From Desulfobacterales bacterium (GTDB lineage Bacteria; Desulfobacterota; Desulfobacteria; Desulfobacterales; SpSt-501), in contig JBGSTS010000073.1 of assembly GCA_041736435.1 (NCBI GenBank), positions 866-64,865 on the forward strand: a DNA stretch of 64,000 nt, given 5' to 3'. Positions 10,329-21,400 of the stretch are shown here, one piece after another; the stretch's first letter is position 1; every line of letters starts with the position of its first letter. Under the pieces are notes generated by a model. The model saw nothing but the letters and a program-made list of their open reading frames with translations. It was not told where the DNA came from and did not search any database. A program made the translations under genes and the position numbers.

Positions 10329-11099
10329 CTATCCCTGAGAAGTGAGCACGATCCCCCACTGCTTGAGGTCTTCCAGCACCTGGTAGTCGGTCATGTCGCA
10401 GTGAATCGGCGTGATCGAGATAAACCCCCGGCGGAGGGCGGCGCCGTCGACATCCGGATCCACTCCAAAGCTCTGCCGGTCCACCCCCTGCCAGTAGTAA
10501 GTGCGGTTGCGGGGATCGGTGCGCTTTTCCATGGTTTCCGGGAGTGTCTCCAACCCGTGGCGGCTGATGCGCACGCCGGCGATCTCTTCCGGGCGAACGT
10601 TCGGGAAGTTGACGTTCAGGAACGTACCGGCGTGCAAGCCGCGGCGCTGAACCATCTCGGCCAAGTGGGCGACAAAGGCCGCCGCCGTTTCATAAGCATA
10701 GGGCCCGTCGCCTTCCATCGACGCGGCAATGGCCGGGATGCCGGCCAGCGCCGCCTCCTTGGCAGCCGCCACCGTACCCGAGTAAGCGATGTTCACGCCC
10801 ACGTTGGCGCCGGAATTCAGGCCGGCCACCACGAGATCGGGTTTGGCTTTCAGGATCTCCACCATACCGAGTTTGACGCAATCGGCGGGGGTCCCGTTGA
10901 CCGCAACCCCACGGCAGCCGCCGTTCAACACCACCGGGACGGCACGCAGCGGCAGGTGCAGGGTGATCCCGTGGCTCACCGCCGTTCGCTCACGATCCGG
11001 GGCGATGACGCTCACGTCGTGCCGGCGGACGAGCTGGGTGTGCAAGGCCCAGAGGCCTTCTGCGTGGATGCCGTCATCGTTGGTCAGCAGGATGTTCAT
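10329..11099 (-). CDS. surE: 5'/3'-nucleotidase SurE
   Basis: ILLTNDDGI, GTPADCV, GLNSGANVG, YSGTVAAA. Confidence 0.95.
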   Translation of the reverse strand: MNILLTNDDGIHAEGLWALHTQLVRRHDVSVIAPDRERTAVSHGITLHLPLRAVPVVLNGGCRGVAVNGTPADCVKLGMVEILKAKPDLVVAGLNSGANVGVNIAYSGTVAAAKEAALAGIPAIAASMEGDGPYAYETAAAFVAHLAEMVQRRGLHAGTFLNVNFPNVRPEEIAGVRISRHGLETLPETMEKRTDPRNRTYYWQGVDRQSFGVDPDVDGAALRRGFISITPIHCDMTDYQVLEDLKQWGIVLTSQG

Positions 11100-11130
11100 G
11101 GCGGTGTACCTGGGATCCGGTGGACAAACA

Positions 11131-11166
11131 ACAGCTTGACTTTTAAGCTCAAGCTGTCTTTATAGC
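11131..11166. promoter_or_regulatory. Divergent surE/lptD promoter region with a 9-9-9 inverted repeat
   Basis: ACAGCTTGA-N9-TCAAGCTGT at 11131-11157, containing TTGA -35-like boxes on both strands. Confidence 0.4.
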
Positions 11167-11257
11167 GTAGTTTTCAGTCGGGTTCAAGACGAGGCCTTGC
11201 CGTGACGGGGCCGTGCCGCCAACCTTCGGTTTAGCGCAGCACCAGAGGATCCTCCGC

Positions 11258-13621
11258 ATGACGCCGGCCGCAACAGGTAATTCTGCGCGTGCAACATGGC
11301 TCCGGGCCGGCCTGATGGCAATGTGGCTGGCGGTGGGCTGGATGGTGGCCGACGCCTGTGATGCACCGGACGCCGGGGCGACCGACAGCCCCCCGCCGCT
11401 GCAGAGCCTGACCGCATCCGACCCGGACCGACCCTGGGAGATCGAAGCCGACCGCATCAGCTACGATCAGATCCGCGACGAATATGTGGCAGAGGGCAAT
11501 GTGGTCATACGGCGGCAAGACCGCAAATTGAGCGCCGATAGCATTCGCTACAACCTCCAGACCATGACGGCCAGCGCCCGCGGCAACGTCGTCCTCGCAA
11601 CCGGCGCGGACATACTCACCGGGGACTACGCCGACTGGGACCTGGAAAGTGAGAAGGGAATCATCGAAAACGGCACGATGTTCATTGCGGAGAGCAACTA
11701 CCGCATTCAAGGCAACCAAATCCAGAAAACCGGCCCGGACACCTACCGCATTGACCGGGGTTCCGTCACCACCTGCGACGGCTTGCCGCCGGACTGGAAA
11801 TTTTCCGGCCGGGACATCGCCTTGCATGAAGACGGCAGCGGCACGGCCTGGCACGCAGTCGGGGCGGTCCTGGATGTACCGGTCGGCTACTATCCCTACA
11901 TTTCCTTTCCGGCGCGAAACAAGCGGACCTCCGGGCTGCTGATGCCCCAGGGCGGGTATTCGACCCGCAAGGGGCTGTCCGTGGTGCAGCCCTATTACTG
12001 GGCCATCAACGACTCCAGCGACGCCACGCTCACCCTGCAGGCCATGAGCCAACGCGGCTGGCGGCCGGGAATGGAGTACCGCTATTACCTAACGCGCGAG
12101 GCGCGGGGGGCCGTCCTGTTCGACTATCTGCATGACGAGCAGACGGACACCGGCGGGGACTCCAGCAAGAAATGGGGATATGATGACAGTTCGGGGACGT
12201 TTCTACGTCCGAACCAGGAGCGCTACTGGTTTCGGATGAGTCATGAAAACCCGCTGCCCGCCGGCTTTCGCGCCCGGCTGGAGCTCGACACCGTGAGCGA
12301 CCAGGACTATCTGCGCGAGTTCAGGTCCGGGTACATGGGTTTTAACGAGAGTGCCGAGTATTTCAACACGGCCTTTGGGACCGTACTCGATGACTTCGAT
12401 GACCCGATTCGCACCAACCGGCTGCTGGTCTCCCGATCCTGGTCGCGCTTCAGCCTCAACGCCGCAGCCGAATATTTCGACGACGTGCGCAAAGGGCAAA
12501 ACTGGCAGGACACTTTACACAAGCTCCCGGTCGTGCGTTTCGACGCCCCGAAGCAGCTTCTGGGCCAAAGCCCTTTTTTTGCGAACCTGCGCTCGGAGTA
12601 TGTCAATTTCTGGCAATCCAGCGGCTCCCGTATTCAGCGCACAGACCTCTACCCGCGCGTCTACTACCCGTTCGCACTGCCGCCGTACATGAGCATCGAA
12701 CCGTCTGTGGGCCTGCGGCAGACCGTATGGGACCAGCAGGATGCCGACGCGGCCGATGCCTGGTCCGACAGCCGCTATTTCCATCGCGAACTCTATGATG
12801 CGCGTCTGACGCTCTTCACGGACCTCTTCCGTATCTACGATGTCGACCGCGGCGACATCCGGCGCATACGGCATTCCCTGCGGCCCCAGCTCGGCTACAC
12901 CTATATCCCGGAAGTGGACCAGGACAGCCTGCCGAACCTGGATTCCCGGGACCGCATCGAAAACCGCAGCCGCGTCAGCTATTCCCTCACCAACACCCTG
13001 ACCTCAAAAGCAACCGCGACACCGGCCGCCCCGGAACCCAGCCCGCGCCGGCGCACCACGAATGCGGTGGTCGAATCGCCCTCGGAATACGACTACCAGG
13101 ACATCCTGCGCCTCAAAATCGGCCAGTATTATGATTTCGCACGGCACGAACAGCCCTTCTCACCGGTCAACGGGAAACTCCAGTTTTTCCCGGGGCGGCG
13201 CATCAGCCTGGACAGCGAGGCCGGGTACAACGTCTACGAGGAACGCCTCGACCGCTACAACCTCGGCCTGACCCTCTGGGCGCGGCAAGCGGACCGCCTG
13301 CATGTCGAGTACCGCTATGACCGAGATCCCTTGCGGGTCGATGATGAGGAGGACACCGAACGGGATGTGAACGAGCTCGTCACCACGACCGAAGAGAAGA
13401 TCGACCACCTGTTCGCCGAGCTGCGACTGGGGCTGACCGACCGGTTCATCTTGATCACTTCTTATGAAAACGACTACACGGACGGCAGCACGACCTACGG
13501 GGCCGGGTTTGCTTACGCATCGCAATGCTGGGTCCTGGAGACCTTGTTCAATTATGGCACCCATGATGTCGCATTCGAACTGCGCCTGCGCCTGAAAGGC
13601 ATCGGCGAGTTCAGCTTTTAG
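11258..13621 (+). CDS. lptD: LPS assembly outer membrane protein LptD (start uncertain)
   Basis: N-terminal OstA-like domain (IEADRISY, AEGNV, TTC), RTSGLLMP, long beta-barrel region, C-terminal QCW and LKGIGEFSF. Confidence 0.88.
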   Translation: MTPAATGNSARATWLRAGLMAMWLAVGWMVADACDAPDAGATDSPPPLQSLTASDPDRPWEIEADRISYDQIRDEYVAEGNVVIRRQDRKLSADSIRYNLQTMTASARGNVVLATGADILTGDYADWDLESEKGIIENGTMFIAESNYRIQGNQIQKTGPDTYRIDRGSVTTCDGLPPDWKFSGRDIALHEDGSGTAWHAVGAVLDVPVGYYPYISFPARNKRTSGLLMPQGGYSTRKGLSVVQPYYWAINDSSDATLTLQAMSQRGWRPGMEYRYYLTREARGAVLFDYLHDEQTDTGGDSSKKWGYDDSSGTFLRPNQERYWFRMSHENPLPAGFRARLELDTVSDQDYLREFRSGYMGFNESAEYFNTAFGTVLDDFDDPIRTNRLLVSRSWSRFSLNAAAEYFDDVRKGQNWQDTLHKLPVVRFDAPKQLLGQSPFFANLRSEYVNFWQSSGSRIQRTDLYPRVYYPFALPPYMSIEPSVGLRQTVWDQQDADAADAWSDSRYFHRELYDARLTLFTDLFRIYDVDRGDIRRIRHSLRPQLGYTYIPEVDQDSLPNLDSRDRIENRSRVSYSLTNTLTSKATATPAAPEPSPRRRTTNAVVESPSEYDYQDILRLKIGQYYDFARHEQPFSPVNGKLQFFPGRRISLDSEAGYNVYEERLDRYNLGLTLWARQADRLHVEYRYDRDPLRVDDEEDTERDVNELVTTTEEKIDHLFAELRLGLTDRFILITSYENDYTDGSTTYGAGFAYASQCWVLETLFNYGTHDVAFELRLRLKGIGEFSF

Positions 13622-13635
13622 GAGTCCGGAACCCC

Positions 13636-14175
13636 ATGGAAGATATCCGTCTCACCCCGCAATGGTATGTCCTGCACACCCGGAGCCGGCACGAGGGGGT
13701 CGTCCACGACGGCCTTCAGAAAAAATCGATGGAGGTTTTCCTGCCCCGGGTGAAAGTTCGCAGCACTCGTCGCGATCGCAAGGCCATGATTCATCTTCCC
13801 TTGTTTTCCGGCTACCTTTTTATCCGGACCGACCTCCAGCCGCGCACGCATGTGGAGGTCCTCAAAACGGCCGGGGTGGTGCGGCTGATCGGCACCTCCA
13901 AGGGACCGGTACCCGTTCCGGCTGAAACGATCCAGTCCCTGATGATCATGGTGGCCTCCGAAAAGCCGATCACCACAGGATCCTCTCTGCGCCCGGGAGA
14001 CCGGGTCCTGGTCGTGCAAGGCCCCTTTGCCGGTGTGACCGGGACCTTTGCCCGCTACCGGAGCCAGGGCCGTGTGATCGTCGACATCGAAGCGCTGGGC
14101 CAATATGCGGCCGTCGACGTAAACGAGGAGGATGTTGAAATTCTGCCGTCGATTCTTTTAGGACCGCTTGCATAA
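13636..14175 (+). CDS. Specialised NusG paralogue (UpxY/RfaH/LoaP-type antiterminator)
   Basis: WYVLHTRSRHE, VFLP, PLFSGYLFI NGN domain; KOW domain GDRVLVVQGPFAGVTG. Confidence 0.88.
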   Translation: MEDIRLTPQWYVLHTRSRHEGVVHDGLQKKSMEVFLPRVKVRSTRRDRKAMIHLPLFSGYLFIRTDLQPRTHVEVLKTAGVVRLIGTSKGPVPVPAETIQSLMIMVASEKPITTGSSLRPGDRVLVVQGPFAGVTGTFARYRSQGRVIVDIEALGQYAAVDVNEEDVEILPSILLGPLA

Positions 14176-14179
14176 CTGC

Positions 14180-14209
14180 TTGACATTCTACCAAGTTTGA
14201 GATTATAAA
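14180..14209 (+). promoter_or_regulatory. Sigma70-type promoter for ihfB-holB operon
   Basis: TTGACA at 14180-14185, 18 bp spacer, TATAAA at 14204-14209. Confidence 0.6.
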
Positions 14210-14252
14210 ATATAGATGGGTTTGGCATCAGGCCCTTGCCGAAGGAGGATGT

Positions 14253-14528
14253 ATGAACAAACTGGAGCTGATTTCCGCACTCAAAACCGAAGCCAACATT
14301 TCCAAAGCCGAGGCCGCGCGTGTGGTCCAGATTTTCTTCGACCACATGGCGGACGCCATGGCACGTGGCGAACGTGTGGAAATCCGCGGTTTGTGCAGCT
14401 TTTTCGTCAAGAACTACAAGAGCTACACCGGTCGGAACCCCAAGACCGGTGAGAAAGTGACGATCCGACCCAAGAAGCTCCCGTTCTTCAAATCCGGCAA
14501 GGAGCTTAAAGAACGGGTCGACCGTTAA
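14253..14528 (+). CDS. ihfB: Integration host factor beta / HU-family DNA-binding protein
   Basis: MNKLELI, VEIRGLCSF, GRNPKTGE, PFFKSGKELKERV; AAGGAGG RBS. Confidence 0.85.
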   Translation: MNKLELISALKTEANISKAEAARVVQIFFDHMADAMARGERVEIRGLCSFFVKNYKSYTGRNPKTGEKVTIRPKKLPFFKSGKELKERVDR

Positions 14529-14532
14529 GCGC

Positions 14533-15561
14533 GTGCCCGGTTTCGACGCGATCATCGGTCAAGACCGCATCCTTCGGACTCTTACCCGCCTGCTGACCCG
14601 CGGGACCCTTCCTCACGCACTTCTGTTTATCGGCATAGAAGGCGTCGGCAAGAAAACAGCGGCAACCGCCGTGGTCATGGCGTGCAATTGCATCCGCACC
14701 GGCCGCGGCACAGGCGGCGACAAGGGCCTGCCGGAGCCGGTTTCCATGGCATGCGGAGAGTGCGCGGCGTGCCGAAAAATTTCGGCAGGCTCCCATCCGG
14801 ACCTCCGGCAGCTGGCCCCGGACGGTGGCATGATCAAAATCGACCAGATTCGGGAGCTGTGCGGGTTTCTAAACATGAAACCCCATGAGGCGCGCACCCG
14901 GGCCGTCATCATCGCCGATGCCCAGACCATGAACCCGTCCGCCGCCAATGCCCTGCTGAAGATGCTGGAGGAGCCGCCGCCACGAACCGTGCTGATTCTA
15001 ACCGCTGTCCAAGCGGCGGATGTTCTGCCCACGGTTGTCTCCCGCTGCCGGCAGTTTCACTTTGCGCCGATCCCCCGGCAGGACCTGGCGGCGCTTCTGG
15101 TCCGGAACCTGGGCCTGAAACCGGCGGAGGCCGACGTCACTGCCGCGCTGGCCGGCGGAAGCGTGACCCGGGCGATGGCGATTCAAAGCGGGCATGGCCT
15201 GCGACGCCGCGCCTGGCTGATAGCGCAGCTTTCCGGCCTGCCCCGGCAGACCCCGCTGGAGCTTTTGGCTCTGGCCGAGAAACTGGCCCGGGAGCGACCC
15301 GAATTGGGCGGTGACCTCGATCTCGTTGCCACCTGGCTTCGCGATGTCGCCATCGCCCGGCAATGCCCGGAGAAACTAATTCATGCGAACGTTCAGGGGC
15401 CGCTTCAGGACGCCGCCATCGACGTGCAAGACGCAGCCATGGGGGACGCCATCAACGCGCTGCAGGAGGCGGTCCGCAGGCTCCGCGCAAATGCCAATCC
15501 GCGACTGACCCTGGAGACCCTTTTCATCAACTTGGCCGACAGCTTCCGGCCGGCCGGCTGA
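14533..15561 (+). CDS. holB: DNA polymerase III subunit delta'
   Basis: HALLFIGIEGVGK, CGECAAC, HPD, ANALLKMLEEPP, TVVSRC. Confidence 0.93.
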   Translation: MPGFDAIIGQDRILRTLTRLLTRGTLPHALLFIGIEGVGKKTAATAVVMACNCIRTGRGTGGDKGLPEPVSMACGECAACRKISAGSHPDLRQLAPDGGMIKIDQIRELCGFLNMKPHEARTRAVIIADAQTMNPSAANALLKMLEEPPPRTVLILTAVQAADVLPTVVSRCRQFHFAPIPRQDLAALLVRNLGLKPAEADVTAALAGGSVTRAMAIQSGHGLRRRAWLIAQLSGLPRQTPLELLALAEKLARERPELGGDLDLVATWLRDVAIARQCPEKLIHANVQGPLQDAAIDVQDAAMGDAINALQEAVRRLRANANPRLTLETLFINLADSFRPAG

Positions 15562-15604
15562 GTCCTGCTCCGCCGGGAGCTCGACGGTGAGTGGAAGTGA
15601 GATC

Positions 15605-16399
15605 ATGCTGAAAATCGTAGGGGTCCGGTTCAAGCCGGCCGGGAAAGTCTATGACTTCGACTGCGGGGCATTTGTGCTCACCCCCGGCGACCCGGTGATT
15701 GTGGAGACCGAGCAGGGGATGAGTGTCGGCACCGTGGCGGCCCCCCCGCAGGTGCTGGAGGCGCCGCCGGCCGGCCGGCTCTACAAAAAGATTTACCGGT
15801 TGGCCACGGCGAAGGATATGGAACAGCTGGCGCGCCGTGCCGAGGAAGAGAAAGCCGCCTTCGTATTCTGCCGCAACTCCATTAAAGAGCTCGCACTCAA
15901 GATGAACCTGTTCGCAGCGGAAAAATCCTTCGACGGAAGCCGGATTTCATTTTTTTTCACGGCCGACGGCCGCGTGGATTTCCGCCAGCTATTGAAACTG
16001 CTGGTGAAAGAGCTCGGTGCGCGCATCGACATGCGCCAGGTGGGCATCCGGCACCAGACGAAAATGTGCGGCGGCCTCGGCCGTTGCGGGCGGGAGCTGT
16101 GCTGCAGCTCGTACCTGGACAAGTTTGAGCCGGTCTCGATCCGCATGGCCAAGGAACAAAACCTGTCCCTCAACCCCACAAAAATCTCCGGCCAATGCGG
16201 CCGGTTGATGTGCTGTCTCGTGTACGAGTACGCCACCTACCAGGCGCTGAAAAAATCCATGCCCCGCATCGGTTCCATGGTCCAGACACCCAGGGGCCTG
16301 GGCAAAGTCGTCCGGCACAACCCCATCTGCAACCGGGTCGTCGTGCGCCTCGAGGACGGTATCGAAATCGAGACCGCTCCCGACACCACTCCACTTTAG
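15605..16399 (+). CDS. ricT: PSP1 domain / stage 0 sporulation family protein (YaaT/RicT)
   Basis: GVRFKPAGKVYDF, GRVDFR, GGLGRCGRELCC, KISGQCGRLMCCL; holB-yaaT-metG synteny. Confidence 0.88.
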   Translation: MLKIVGVRFKPAGKVYDFDCGAFVLTPGDPVIVETEQGMSVGTVAAPPQVLEAPPAGRLYKKIYRLATAKDMEQLARRAEEEKAAFVFCRNSIKELALKMNLFAAEKSFDGSRISFFFTADGRVDFRQLLKLLVKELGARIDMRQVGIRHQTKMCGGLGRCGRELCCSSYLDKFEPVSIRMAKEQNLSLNPTKISGQCGRLMCCLVYEYATYQALKKSMPRIGSMVQTPRGLGKVVRHNPICNRVVVRLEDGIEIETAPDTTPL

Positions 16400-16411
16400 G
16401 CAGGAACCGCC

Positions 16412-18328
16412 ATGACATTCTATATCTCCACACCGATCTATTATGTCAACGCTCGGCCGCACCTCGGCCACGCCTACACCACCATCGTGGCGGATGTGGT
16501 TCGCCGATTCCACTCGATGCGCGACAGCGAGACCTTCTTTTTGACCGGCACCGATGAGCACGGCGACAAGGTGGTCCAAGCCGCTCAGAAACAGGGCCTG
16601 AGCCCGCGGGTGTATGTCGACCAGATCAGCCGCCTGTTTCGCGACTTGTGGCCCGAACTAAACGTCCGGCCGGACCGGTTCATCCGGACCACCGACAGCG
16701 ATCACATGGCCGTCGTCACCGAGGTGCTGCGCAAGATCCATGCGGCCGGAGACATTTACTTCAGCGAGTATGAGGGGCTCTACTGTTTCGGCTGCGAACG
16801 CTTTTACGCCGAACGGGAGCTCCAGGAGGGTCGCTGCCCCATTCACGAAACCGAGCCCGAACTCATCCGGGAGTCGAACTATTTTTTCCGGATGAGCCGC
16901 TACCAGGACTGGCTCATCGACCATATCCGGAACCATCCGGATTTCATCCGCCCGGAGCGCTACCGCAACGAGGTGCTGGCCTTCCTGCGCGACCCGCTGG
17001 GCGACCTGTGCATCTCGCGGCCGAAGACGCGGCTGACCTGGGGCATTCCCCTGCCCTTCGATGAGGGCTACGTCACCTATGTGTGGTTTGACGCCCTGCT
17101 GAACTACGTGTCGGCCCTCGGCTACCCGGACGGCGAGCTGTTCCACCGATTCTGGCCGGCGGCCCAGCACATTGTCGCCAAGGACATCCTCAAGCCCCAC
17201 GGCATCTATTGGCCCTGCATGCTGAGGGCGGCCGGCATCCCGGTCTACCGGCATCTCAATGTGCACGGCTACTGGAACATCGAGCAGCGCAAAATGTCCA
17301 AGAGCCTCGGCAACGTGATCGAGCCGCTGGAGATGAGAAACATTTACGGCCTCGATGCGTTTCGCTATTTTCTGATCCGCGAGATGACCTTCGGGCTGGA
17401 CGCCAACTTCAGCGAGTCCGCGTTGGTGCAGCGCATCAATGCGGACCTCGCGAATGATTTGGGCAACCTCTTCTCGCGTGTGGTCTCCATGGCCCACAAG
17501 TATTTCGACGGAGTGGTCCCGGAGCTGGACGCCGAAGTGGGGCGCCAATACGGCTTGGGGCTGGGACCCGACGCCCGGCGCACGATCGAGGCATACGAGC
17601 ACGCCATGGAGGCCTTCGAACTTCAGAAGGCCATGGCCTCCGTGTGGGAGTTCATCGGCCGCATGAACCGGGCGATCGACATCGCCGCTCCCTGGGAACT
17701 GGCCAAAAAGCAGGCGACCCGAAAACAGCTGGAAGCCGTGACCCACAGCCTGTTAAAAGGCCTGAGGCTCATCTCCGGTTTGATCTGCCCGGTCATGCCG
17801 GAAACGGCGGCACGCATGCAAAAGCATCTGGGCCTGGATCCGGGGGCCCCGTTTTACGCCCTGCACGATCTCCGACTGTGGACATCCGTGCCGGCCGGAA
17901 CGCGACTGCCGAAAACCGTCATGCTCTTCCCCCGGATCGAGACCGCCGGCGAGCCCGTCGAAGCAGTGGCCGCGAGCCTCCCGGCGGCACACGGGCTGGA
18001 GATCAAGCCGGAGATCACGTTGGAGGACTTTCAACGGGTCGATTTGCGGGTCGCAACCGTCCTGAGCGCCGAGCCGGTGCCGAAGGCGAAAAAACTGCTC
18101 AAGCTGGAGATCGACCTCGGCGAGCGCCGAACCATCGTTTCAGGCATTGCCGCGCATTACGCGCCCGAGGCCCTCGTCGGCCGGCAAGTGATCATTATTG
18201 CCAACCTGCGGCCGGCCAAGCTCATGGGGGTCATCTCCCAGGGCATGCTGCTCACCGCCGAGTCGGATGAGGGACCGGTGCTGATCATGCCGGAAAAGCC
18301 CGTCGCCCCAGGGACCGCGCTGCGATAG
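16412..18328 (+). CDS. metG: Methionine--tRNA ligase
   Basis: PHLGHAY (HIGH), KMSKSLGN, YVWFDALLNY, C-terminal tRNA-binding OB domain. Confidence 0.97.
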   Translation: MTFYISTPIYYVNARPHLGHAYTTIVADVVRRFHSMRDSETFFLTGTDEHGDKVVQAAQKQGLSPRVYVDQISRLFRDLWPELNVRPDRFIRTTDSDHMAVVTEVLRKIHAAGDIYFSEYEGLYCFGCERFYAERELQEGRCPIHETEPELIRESNYFFRMSRYQDWLIDHIRNHPDFIRPERYRNEVLAFLRDPLGDLCISRPKTRLTWGIPLPFDEGYVTYVWFDALLNYVSALGYPDGELFHRFWPAAQHIVAKDILKPHGIYWPCMLRAAGIPVYRHLNVHGYWNIEQRKMSKSLGNVIEPLEMRNIYGLDAFRYFLIREMTFGLDANFSESALVQRINADLANDLGNLFSRVVSMAHKYFDGVVPELDAEVGRQYGLGLGPDARRTIEAYEHAMEAFELQKAMASVWEFIGRMNRAIDIAAPWELAKKQATRKQLEAVTHSLLKGLRLISGLICPVMPETAARMQKHLGLDPGAPFYALHDLRLWTSVPAGTRLPKTVMLFPRIETAGEPVEAVAASLPAAHGLEIKPEITLEDFQRVDLRVATVLSAEPVPKAKKLLKLEIDLGERRTIVSGIAAHYAPEALVGRQVIIIANLRPAKLMGVISQGMLLTAESDEGPVLIMPEKPVAPGTALR

Positions 18329-18488
18329 CTGATGAGGATGGCCTCATGGGTCAAGTTCGGCCACGCACAGGACGATATGTACCGATGGGGCTCGCAGCTC
18401 GCCCCGGCACTTTAATTCAATGGCATGGCAACCCGGCAGCCGGGCTATGGCGCAAGGGCCGCCATCGCCCAGATAGAAGGAATGAATC

Positions 18489-21400
18489 ATGTTTCAAGAT
18501 AGGATCTCCCGCCTGCGGCGAATTCTGAAAGGGATCTGTCCCCGCCTGCTGACCGCGCCCGTCTATTTCGGCCGTTGCCTGGCAACCGTCCCGCCGGGCG
18601 CGCTGGTCGTGTTTCCGCTGCGATCCACCGTTCTCGGCTGCGGCATCGCCGGGATCGTGACCTTCAAGCACCCCCCCGCAGCGGCGGCTCTACCGATCAC
18701 GCCGCTGGCCGCCTGGGCCGAACGGCTCTCCTCCAATGGTCTCGACGCCTGCCTCGTGCGTGGCAGCGGCCTGTCCGAGGCCTACCTCGGGGGGGAGGAG
18801 TGCATCGGCGAGGTGGGCCGAATCACCCGGGAGTTCCGCCGCCCGGATGCGTTCGGCCGTGTCTACGCGGACCCGACTTGCCAGGCGCAGCTCGAGAAGC
18901 TGGCCTCTGTGCTCGCCGAGTGCCAAGCGGCCGAAGCCGGTCGCTTCGATGCAGTGGTCGGCCGGCTCGGCGTGGCCGAGGCCGACACGGTCAACCAGCG
19001 CATTGAACAGCTCAAAGATGCCGCCTGGTGCCTGCGCACTGAAGTGCTGAGCAACGTCCACCGGGTACGCGAACTTGTGGCCGGGGCCGGCGGTTCACCC
19101 GCAGCCGTCCGCGTTTTCCGCAGCATCAACTCGGTTTTGAACAGCATCGACCGCATGGAAGTTCGCGGCCGGGACTCCGCCGGGATCTCGCTGTTGTTCA
19201 TACTACGGGCCGGCGATTACGAGCGGTTCAGCGCAGATTTGAGCCAGGGAGGGATTCAAGGGGACTTCTCCCGCCGGCTGGATCTGCAGCCGCTTTTAAA
19301 CCGGTCCATCGCCGTGCATCGCCACGGGGCCGGTGTCGCCGTCGGCTTCACGTACAAAGTGGCGGTTGAAATCGGCAGCCTGGGGGACAACATCCGTTTC
19401 CTGCGGCGGGAAATCGCGGGCGACCCCGTGCTGCACACGATCGTCTCGTTTCCGTCCGAGTTCCATACGGTCAACGCCCACACGCGCTGGGCGTCGGTCG
19501 GGGCCATCACCGAAGCCAATTGCCACCCGGTCGACAACCGGGCCGCAGAAGGCGCCGCCGGCGCCACGGGCATCATTCACGCCTGCCTGAACGGCGACAT
19601 CGACAATTATCAGGAACTCAGGGTCGCTTTCGAGCAGCGCGGCGGACGCATCCACCACGATATCACCACCGACACCAAGATCATCCCGCTCCAGATCGAG
19701 CTTTACCTGCAGCAGGGCTGCAACGTCGCCGAGGCCTTTCGGCGGGCGGTGGTCGATTTCAAAGGCTCCCACGCCATCGCCATGCACACGAGCCTCGCCC
19801 CGGGAAAGCTCTTTCTCGCCCAAAGAGGCAGCGGCCAAGCAATCTTCGTGGGCATCGCCCCGGACCACTACATGGCCACCTCGGAAGTCTACGGCTTCAT
19901 CGAGGAAACCTCCGCCTACATCCGGCTGGACGGAGAGTCGGTAGTGGACGGACCGGGCGGAAGAACTCAGGGGCAAGTGGTGGTCCTGGACCAGTTGTCT
20001 CCGGGCGGCCTGCAGGGCATTAGCGCCATGCGTTACGACGGGACCCCCGTCGCGCTGAGCGAACGGGATCTGCGGCGCACGGAGCTCACCTCGCGGGACA
20101 TCGACCGCCAGCACTATCCGCACTATTTTCTCAAGGAAGTCTCGGAGTCGCCGGCATCGGTCGAGAAGACGCTTCAGAACCGCTGGAAAATTTCCGATTC
20201 CAACCAGAAGCTCCTTGTCACGGCCCTGGATGAAAGCGCGGTGCCTTCCCGGGTCAACCGGGCCCTCGCCGACGGCTCCGTCCGCCGCATTTTCTTCATC
20301 GGCCAGGGCACGGCCGGGGTGGCCGCCCTCGCCTGCACCCATATCCTGCAGCACTACCTGAACAGCCCGGCCATTCACGTCCAGGCGCTCAAAGCCTCCG
20401 AGTTCAGTGGATTTTCGATGGGTATCGAGGCCGACACGGGCACCATGGTGGATGCCCTGGTCGTTGCCATCAGCCAGTCCGGGACGACGACCGACACCAA
20501 TCGCGCCGTCGATATGGCACGAGCGCGCGGGGCCCTGACCCTGGCCATCGTCAACCGCCGGGATTCGGACATCACGTTCAAGGTGGACGGTGTGCTCTAC
20601 ACCAGCAGCGGCCGCGACATCGAGATGTCGGTCGCCTCCACCAAGGCCTTTTACGCCCAGATCACCGCCGGGGCGCTGCTCGGGCTGCACATCGCCCGGC
20701 TGAAGGGCCGCCGCGACGCGCAGTTTGTTTCAGAGGAGATCCAACGGCTGCTCGAGCTGCCGGATCACATGCGCCGGGTCCTCGGCCTGGCCGAGCGCCT
20801 GCAGGCCTCCGCTCGGCGGCTGGCGGTCACCAAAACCTATTGGGCGGTCGTCGGCAGCGGGCCCAACAAGGCCTCGGCCGACGAAATCCGCATCAAGCTG
20901 AGCGAGCTCTGCTACAAAACCATTTCCTCGGACTTCGTGGAGGACAAAAAGCACATCGACCTCTCCTCGGAACCCCTCATCGTCGTCTGCGCCGCCGGAA
21001 CGCGCCCTTCGGTCATCGGCGACATCGTCAAGGACACCGCCATATTCAAAGCGCACAAGGCCACACCGGTGGTCATCTGCGATGAAGGGGAGGCACGGTT
21101 TGCACCTTATGCGGCGGACGTTTTCCAGGTGCCGGTCGTCGCCGAGCACCTGGCGCCCGTCCTGAACACGCTCGCCGGCCACCTGTGGGGGTACTACGCC
21201 GCCCTGTCCATCCACGAGGGATCTCAATTTCTCTTCGGGCTTCATGCGGACCTCCAGCACGCCGTCAGCGACGCGACCCGCCGGGGCGTGGACTTGTTCG
21301 AACTGGTGCTGGAAACCGGCTTTCGCGAAAAAATCGTCGAGCTCTACGCCGAATTCCGCGAGCGGCGTAAGGACGGGCGATTTCCGGCCACCGTCGGCTA

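Noticed and set aside
18329-18488. CTGATGAG (hammerhead core) and a possible glmS ribozyme upstream of the GlmS-like gene
   Set aside because: No GAAA or stem III follows, only a small ATGAGG/CCTCAT hairpin; the glmS ribozyme core (AGCGCC...GACGAGG) is absent.
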